Shown: positions 26,693-32,000 of the stretch, piece by piece
Position numbering within the stretch: the first letter of the stretch is position 1
Layout of the letters: each line of letters opens with the position of its first letter
Assembly (NCBI GenBank): GCA_008080745.1
Contig: SHMX01000011.1
Location: 22,738 to 54,737 of the forward strand
Source of the DNA: Candidatus Thorarchaeota archaeon
GTDB lineage: Archaea > Asgardarchaeota > Thorarchaeia > Thorarchaeales > Thorarchaeaceae
Length of the DNA stretch: 32,000 bases
Reading direction: 5' to 3'
The notes under the pieces: generated by a model
What the model saw: the letters and a program-made list of their open reading frames with translations, nothing else
What the model was told of the DNA's origin: nothing
The model's database searches: none
Translations under genes and position numbers: made by a program

Positions 26693-27508
26693 GTGGAAAC
26701 TGGTCTGAAAGACAAACATGTTGTTATAACCGGGGCAGCTAGTGGAATTGGCCTAGAAACGACGAAACGATTTCTTGCAGAAGGTTCTAGAGTGACAGCA
26801 ACCTATCACAGTGATAAGAAGGGATTGGGAGATATTGTGGGGAACTGGACAAAACAACTTCAAATTGTCAAAACAGATGTGACAGAGGAGGAGTCGGTAC
26901 AGAACCTCTTCAACAGAGCAAATGATATCTTTGGCAGAGTAGATGTTACAGTTGCAAATGCCGGAATTGCCAATCATAAAGGTGTAGCAGTACAAGATAT
27001 GGAACTTGCGCAATGGAAAGAGATTCTTGCCGTTAATCTAACTGGAGTCTTTCTTACAGCGAAACATTTCTTCAAGAATCTAGAGAAGTATCCAAAAGAA
27101 CATGGCACTCTCATCATGGTTGGATCCACTGCAGGGGTCTTTGGAGAAGCATGGTATTGTGATTATGCATCAACAAAAGCTGGTCTTAGAGGACTTTTGC
27201 TAAGCCTCAAAAACGAGATACCCTATATCGCCCGAAAAGGAAGAGTCAATATCGTCAACCCAGGTTGGACAGTGACACCTATGGCGGAAGATGCACTTGA
27301 TGAGGAGGAGAGTGTCATCAGAATACTTCAAACACTGCCTATGCGAAAAGTGGCTTTGCCGGAGGATATTTCAAATGCTATTTTGTACCTCTCCTCAGAC
27401 CAACTAGCAGGACATATCAGTGGCCAATCCATCACAGTTGCAGGAGGAATGGAGGGGCGCGTGTTATTCAGTCCATCAGAAATAGATTCTTCCCGTGTAA
27501 GAGGTTAG
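26693..27508 (+). CDS. SDR family NAD(P)-dependent oxidoreductase
   Basis: TGAASGIG, VANAG, YASTK catalytic motif, VNIVNPG. GTG start after GAGG. Confidence 0.95.
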   Translation: METGLKDKHVVITGAASGIGLETTKRFLAEGSRVTATYHSDKKGLGDIVGNWTKQLQIVKTDVTEEESVQNLFNRANDIFGRVDVTVANAGIANHKGVAVQDMELAQWKEILAVNLTGVFLTAKHFFKNLEKYPKEHGTLIMVGSTAGVFGEAWYCDYASTKAGLRGLLLSLKNEIPYIARKGRVNIVNPGWTVTPMAEDALDEEESVIRILQTLPMRKVALPEDISNAILYLSSDQLAGHISGQSITVAGGMEGRVLFSPSEIDSSRVRG

Positions 27509-27512
27509 AAAT

Positions 27513-28271
27513 GTGAGTTTCGATGAAGTTTCTATAGCATATGATAATTCGATAGATTGGAAAAAGAGACTTGATAGAGAGATACCATTCATCGTTAATA
27601 CGCTACACGCTCCGGAGGAGAGCGAAATATTAGATATGGCATGTGGTACGGGACGTCATGCAGTAGAACTTGCTTCAAAAGGCGCAAATGTAACAGCATT
27701 CGATAACAGCATCTCTATGATTCATAGGGCAAAACACTTTGCTGAATTGCACAATGCACAGATACATTTTTTCGTTGCAGACATGATGAATATGAGTGAA
27801 CATATTTCCAAATCCTTTGATTTGGTAATCTGCTTGGGAAATTCTTTAGCTCTCCTGAAAACGTGGAAAGAGGTAGAATATGTCATTCGTGTTGTTCATG
27901 ATATCTTAGTGCAGGAAGGATCATTCATTTTTCAGTCTCTAAACTTTGAAGAGATTCTTCTTAGTGGGTTCAGATTGTTTCCTATGAAGAGTGGTGAAAC
28001 ACCCAGAGGAAATGAGGTAGTATTTGGACGATTCTTTGATCATATTCCCGGGTCTGATTATTCGCAATTGATTCTCTCATCATTCTTGAAGATGAGCAAA
28101 GACTGGGAAGTGAGAGTTGAAAATCGAAGAGTTCTTCAATTCAAAAGAGATCTTATTGAACCCATACTAACCCGGACAGGGTTCAGAGAAATAGAGTTCT
28201 TTTCGGACTATTCAAAGTCCACATTTCATTCATCAAGCAGTCGTAATATGATTGTACAAGCAAAGAAATAG
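27513..28271 (+). CDS. Class I SAM-dependent methyltransferase
   Basis: ILDMACGTGRHA, TAFDNS, FDLVICLGNS. Located 4 nt after the SDR stop. Confidence 0.92.
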   Translation: MSFDEVSIAYDNSIDWKKRLDREIPFIVNTLHAPEESEILDMACGTGRHAVELASKGANVTAFDNSISMIHRAKHFAELHNAQIHFFVADMMNMSEHISKSFDLVICLGNSLALLKTWKEVEYVIRVVHDILVQEGSFIFQSLNFEEILLSGFRLFPMKSGETPRGNEVVFGRFFDHIPGSDYSQLILSSFLKMSKDWEVRVENRRVLQFKRDLIEPILTRTGFREIEFFSDYSKSTFHSSSSRNMIVQAKK

Positions 28272-28275
28272 TCAT

Positions 28276-29208
28276 TCAATGATGATCAGATTGAAACTTT
28301 ACTGCGATAACAATTACAACGGTAACTCCAATCCCGATAACTGCTATACGGGGGATATCAAAAAGAGGTGGTTGTCCCGGTGGAGTACTAGGCTGAGTTG
28401 TAGTTACAGAAGAGATATCAAATAAACCAATAGTGGGATCGTATTCTAAGGTATCTGAAAAGTAGGGAAAGCAGAAATATACCTGTTCACCATTATTCTG
28501 AGGGTTTGCACCATTGACACTAACATTTACTCCAACGTTTTTCGAATCGACTTGTGCTACTGAAGGATAGAGGAGATAGCCATTTCCAAAGGAAACATTT
28601 CCACTGCCCGGGTGAACTGTGGGTCGATTCATCTGACCAGTAGAATGTTGGCCCATACTGAGAACAATTCCAAGGGCGAGACTATTGTTGGAATTATGCC
28701 ATTCCCACCCAGATAGAATGATATCAAATTTCAAAGAGGCATTATTTGAAACATTAAGATGATTAACCAAAGTTAGCTGAAGTTCAGGCTGCTGAGGGTA
28801 AAAAGTCCCGGATAAGCTAGTAAGTTGAAAATCTAACTTTACAACATCACCAGATTCCTCCTGTGTTACGAAATTGCTGAAAACCCATATTCCCGACTGT
28901 AGTGAAATGACAGGTCCAATCGGGGTATCAGCTGATTGAGTGTATACACCATCGTGGTTCGAGTCAGTATATTCAAACATTCGAACAAATAATACATGAT
29001 AATCTGTATTATTTTCAACAATATCATAATAGGTGTAATGTGGAGAGTGAGAGCCCCTTAGAAAAAGTCCAAAAGCACCAAGTCGTGCATCAAGCCCCGA
29101 TGAGTCTAATGTATACTGGATGGTAGTGGATGATGCAGCTACCAAAGGGAGCATCATCAAAAGAGTGAAAATGGTGACAGTATAGATCAACCTAGGTCTG
29201 GGGGACAT
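28276..29208 (-). CDS. Cell-surface protein with signal peptide and C-terminal TM anchor (paralog A)
   Basis: Start refined to ATG 29208. Motifs TDYHVLF, TDSNHDGVY, KFDIILSGWEW and YDPTIG are shared with 30270-31214. Thr/Pro linker and TM. Confidence 0.8.
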   Translation of the reverse strand: MSPRPRLIYTVTIFTLLMMLPLVAASSTTIQYTLDSSGLDARLGAFGLFLRGSHSPHYTYYDIVENNTDYHVLFVRMFEYTDSNHDGVYTQSADTPIGPVISLQSGIWVFSNFVTQEESGDVVKLDFQLTSLSGTFYPQQPELQLTLVNHLNVSNNASLKFDIILSGWEWHNSNNSLALGIVLSMGQHSTGQMNRPTVHPGSGNVSFGNGYLLYPSVAQVDSKNVGVNVSVNGANPQNNGEQVYFCFPYFSDTLEYDPTIGLFDISSVTTTQPSTPPGQPPLFDIPRIAVIGIGVTVVIVIAVKFQSDHH

Positions 29209-29303
29209 AGTAACACACATTACTACCTTACTCAAATGCATATAATAAGAGTGCTTCCTGCGAGTTACAAGAGGAGTGGAACCAACTGGATAAAGATGCC
29301 ATA

Positions 29304-30125
29304 ATGGACAAGATGTTTAGTGCTCTTGCCCATAAGGTTAGGCGAAAAATTATCGTCATGGTTGGAAATCAAGGTTCCGTGACATACACTGACCTTACCC
29401 AGTTAGGACTAGAACCAGGCACTCTTTATCATCACCTTGACATTCTTGTGAAATCTGAAGCAGCAATTCTCACCCAAGATAAGAATAAACAATACAGTCT
29501 CACCGACTTGGGGGAAGCTGCGCTAAATGTTATTATCCAGGGAGAGGATCAGACCTCATGGTCCATTAAGGAGAATAGCAGTTCCGATTCGATTCCTAGA
29601 ATTGCAGCAGATATTATTGGAATGAAACCATTGGTGACAAGGGTGCAGAAGGACCCATGGAGATTTCTAATCGAGATTCTTCTCTTCTTGAGCGTCTATG
29701 GTTACCTAGCATCGGAGGTAGAACTTCTACCATTTCTCTTGTTCTTTTTAGAAGGAAGCTATGTGTTGGGTCTAACGATTCTTGCATCTATTTCATCATG
29801 GATAATGACATATCTTCTGGTTGAATTCCTCTCCATTCTACTTCTAAAAAAGCGGGAACTGTCTCGCGGCCTATTCATGTCTGTACCGCTCGTATTTGTC
29901 CCCCATGTTGTAATCGAACTTATGTGGTTTATTGCTCCTACAAGTACTGCATTCACAGGATGGCCCCTTACAATCATATTGACAGGGATAATATCATGGA
30001 GTACCTACATACTTACTGTATCCGTTGCAAGAGCTAAAAAAGTGAGATTGTCAAGAGCAGCGATGGTCACCTTGCTGGTCACTAATCTTAACCTGTTTAT
30101 TCTGGCATTTATAGCAGGTTTCTGA
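29304..30125 (+). CDS. ArsR-like wHTH regulator fused to a multi-pass (Yip1-like) membrane domain
   Basis: FSALAHKVRRKII...TYTDLTQLGLEPGTLYHHLDIL...YSLTDLG followed by about 5-6 hydrophobic helices. Confidence 0.8.
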   Translation: MDKMFSALAHKVRRKIIVMVGNQGSVTYTDLTQLGLEPGTLYHHLDILVKSEAAILTQDKNKQYSLTDLGEAALNVIIQGEDQTSWSIKENSSSDSIPRIAADIIGMKPLVTRVQKDPWRFLIEILLFLSVYGYLASEVELLPFLLFFLEGSYVLGLTILASISSWIMTYLLVEFLSILLLKKRELSRGLFMSVPLVFVPHVVIELMWFIAPTSTAFTGWPLTIILTGIISWSTYILTVSVARAKKVRLSRAAMVTLLVTNLNLFILAFIAGF

Positions 30126-30269
30126 ATTTGTACGAGTAGAAATACAAAAAATCATGTTATTTTACGGGTTTCGAGTCAACCTCGGGAAATCCCGAAGCGA
30201 TGATTCAACAAATGCGGAATGGAACGATTATATACTTATTTTAGTAAATATTATGTGGTGAACCACCAC

Positions 30270-31214
30270 ATGAAACACTCAAAAATTATGATTGCACTAG
30301 CAGCTCTTCTGCTATTAGCGACTGTCCCATTTGTTGCAGCACAGCAGAATGGCCCACAGTATAATCACAGCAATGGTGTTGCCACCGTGACAACAGACAA
30401 TCTTGGTCTAAAAGTCACTGCGGCAAATCAAGTACCACATTTCCACTTCTGGGATGCTAACGATAGTACTCCTGGAACCGACTATCATGTTATGTTTAGC
30501 AAGTTTTTCGAGGCTAACGATACTGATGATGATGGTACATATACACCAGGGACTGACTCTAGAGTCTATGATCCACTAGTACTTCCATCATTAGGTTGGG
30601 AATTTAGTGGTTTTGAAACTGAAGGCGATCCAATTGATATGATACATTTCAATTTCACTTCAACTGAAACCTTTACTCCCGGAGGACCTCCAACCTTAGC
30701 TGATAATGGACCTCCAGCGAGCATGGACATCACCATTAAGATTCTCGTACACATCGACCTAGCAAATGACAATGAAATGAAATTTGACATCATGCTAGAT
30801 GGATGGGATTGGACCTACGATGATTCGATTCTGGTATTCCAATTCATAGTATCAGAGAGTCAACATGGAGAGGAAAATGGTACTGCAGAGCCAACCAGCT
30901 TCCAACAAGAAGGAGCAACTTTCAACTTTGGCGAGGCGTACATGGAAGTAGCTCAAACAGCAGTTGCAGGTAATGAATCTTCCCCACAGACTGTTCAAGT
31001 TAGAGCTAGTCATGGAAGCTCAGCTGCAGAGGAAACAGGCGAATCTGTCTACATCTCCTTTGAAAACTTTGGTAATGAGTCATTATACTACGATCCAACT
31101 CTGGGCATAGGTTCAGATGGATTGGGTATTATTGATTACAATCAACTCTTACTCATTGGCGTTGGCGTGACAGTTGTTGTACTGATAGCCATTGCATTCA
31201 AGATGAGGAAATAG
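30270..31214 (+). CDS. Acidic cell-surface protein with signal peptide and C-terminal TM anchor (paralog B)
   Basis: Start refined to ATG 30270 (GTGGTGA SD, TTATATAC at 30228). Motifs TDYHVMF, NDTDDDGTY, KFDIMLDGWDW, YDPTLG. Ends in TM + KMRK. Confidence 0.82.
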   Translation: MKHSKIMIALAALLLLATVPFVAAQQNGPQYNHSNGVATVTTDNLGLKVTAANQVPHFHFWDANDSTPGTDYHVMFSKFFEANDTDDDGTYTPGTDSRVYDPLVLPSLGWEFSGFETEGDPIDMIHFNFTSTETFTPGGPPTLADNGPPASMDITIKILVHIDLANDNEMKFDIMLDGWDWTYDDSILVFQFIVSESQHGEENGTAEPTSFQQEGATFNFGEAYMEVAQTAVAGNESSPQTVQVRASHGSSAAEETGESVYISFENFGNESLYYDPTLGIGSDGLGIIDYNQLLLIGVGVTVVVLIAIAFKMRK

Positions 31215-31245
31215 TCTAATAAGACAAGATAGAACAATGTGATAA

Positions 31246-31290
31246 GACGGTCGAGGATTTCTTCGACTGTCATCACTAACTAATTTTTTT
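31246..31290 (+). terminator. Hairpin followed by T-tract
   Basis: GACGGTCGAGGA/TCTTCGACTGTC stem (two G-U pairs) at 31246-31271, then TTTTTTT at 31284-31290. Lies between convergent genes. Confidence 0.55.
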
Positions 31291-31352
31291 AATTTATAAC
31301 AAAAAATATTACGAGAGTAAAAACTCTCATAATATCTAGAGTAAGAATTTTA

Positions 31353-31637
31353 TCAGCGAAAGAGTACACTAAGTTGAATTCCAATCATAGATTCAGCTCC
31401 GTGCCTCTCGATAATGGTATGAGCAGCTTGAGATTCAACATTATAAAGCGTCTTTCTCATATCCATTAGATTAGGTATCCTGCAAACCAGACCCGTCTTG
31501 AGTAATCTTTTCAAAGCAAAAGCAACAGTTCTTGCAGGAATTCTAACCAATTCACGAATCTGTTTAGGATTCAATGGTCCTTTTCTAGCTAGTACATGAA
31601 GCACTTGGAAAGAACTATGAGGGAGGCTTTCAGACAT
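31353..31637 (-). CDS. Small winged-helix (MarR-like) transcriptional regulator
   Basis: VLHVLARKGPLNPKQIRELVRIPARTVAFALKRLLKTGLV...NLMDMRKTLY. GGAGG SD upstream. Confidence 0.85.
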   Translation of the reverse strand: MSESLPHSSFQVLHVLARKGPLNPKQIRELVRIPARTVAFALKRLLKTGLVCRIPNLMDMRKTLYNVESQAAHTIIERHGAESMIGIQLSVLFR

Positions 31638-31649
31638 CCGTGATTCCTC

Positions 31650-31946
31650 CTATACAGCGGGTTTCGATAAAGACCTCACCCCCAGCCATAGAAAGGATAT
31701 ACCAGCAATGACAGTAATTACTGGCCCCCAAAGTGCAAATAGTAATTCAAAGCCAGTGGATCCAAGAATCAGTTCCAAGACCATGTCAAGATCTAAGATG
31801 GTGATAACTACGAGTACCATAATAGAGGACATCATTGCAAACATAGGTACCATGATAGATGTCATAATATTTGCTTGATGTGCTGGAGATTTAGTGTCTT
31901 CATAATCGGGATTGTTCGCAGTAACCGTTGATTGTTTTATGGACAA
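31650..31946 (-). CDS. Small two-TM membrane protein
   Basis: TTG start and two hydrophobic helices. Ends 12 nt before the wHTH start, so probably an operon. Confidence 0.6.
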   Translation of the reverse strand: MSIKQSTVTANNPDYEDTKSPAHQANIMTSIMVPMFAMMSSIMVLVVITILDLDMVLELILGSTGFELLFALWGPVITVIAGISFLWLGVRSLSKPAV

Positions 31947-32000
31947 ACTTGGACATGCCTAAGTAGTCCGTCCAGCAACGGTACTGGACTGATAGACGTC

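Overview
Archaeal chromosomal segment with no mobile element or CRISPR array. It is most consistent with an Asgard archaeon (Thorarchaeia-like), inferred from the short LRR family, tandem Lrp/AsnC regulator, NLMDMR-type wHTH, many small Cys-rich proteins, AT-rich TATA promoters and roughly 40% GC by eye; no marker gene was placed. About 30 CDS, mostly metabolism and transport: S8 protease, MFS, FAD oxidoreductase, metallophosphoesterase, ArsB/NhaD permease, AlaRS, MBL hydrolase, nitroreductase, acyl-CoA dehydrogenase, Zn-ferredoxin, PiT/DUF47, tocopherol-cyclase-like protein, SDR and methyltransferase. Most notable: (1) an N-terminal helical domain + about 13 TPRs + PD-(D/E)xK nuclease fusion; (2) two GC-rich, promoter-preceded, strongly base-paired intergenic elements (about 9133-9220 and 13739-13838) that look like unannotated ncRNAs, the second divergent from a C2HC-finger Regnase-like NYN RNase; (3) a membrane-tethered ArsR-wHTH/Yip1-like regulator between two paralogous surface-protein genes; (4) a short bacterial-type AlaRS with Thr at the G3:U70-reading Asp position; (5) a tandem GOLD-like type I membrane protein. 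All family calls come from motif recognition by eye; no searches were run.
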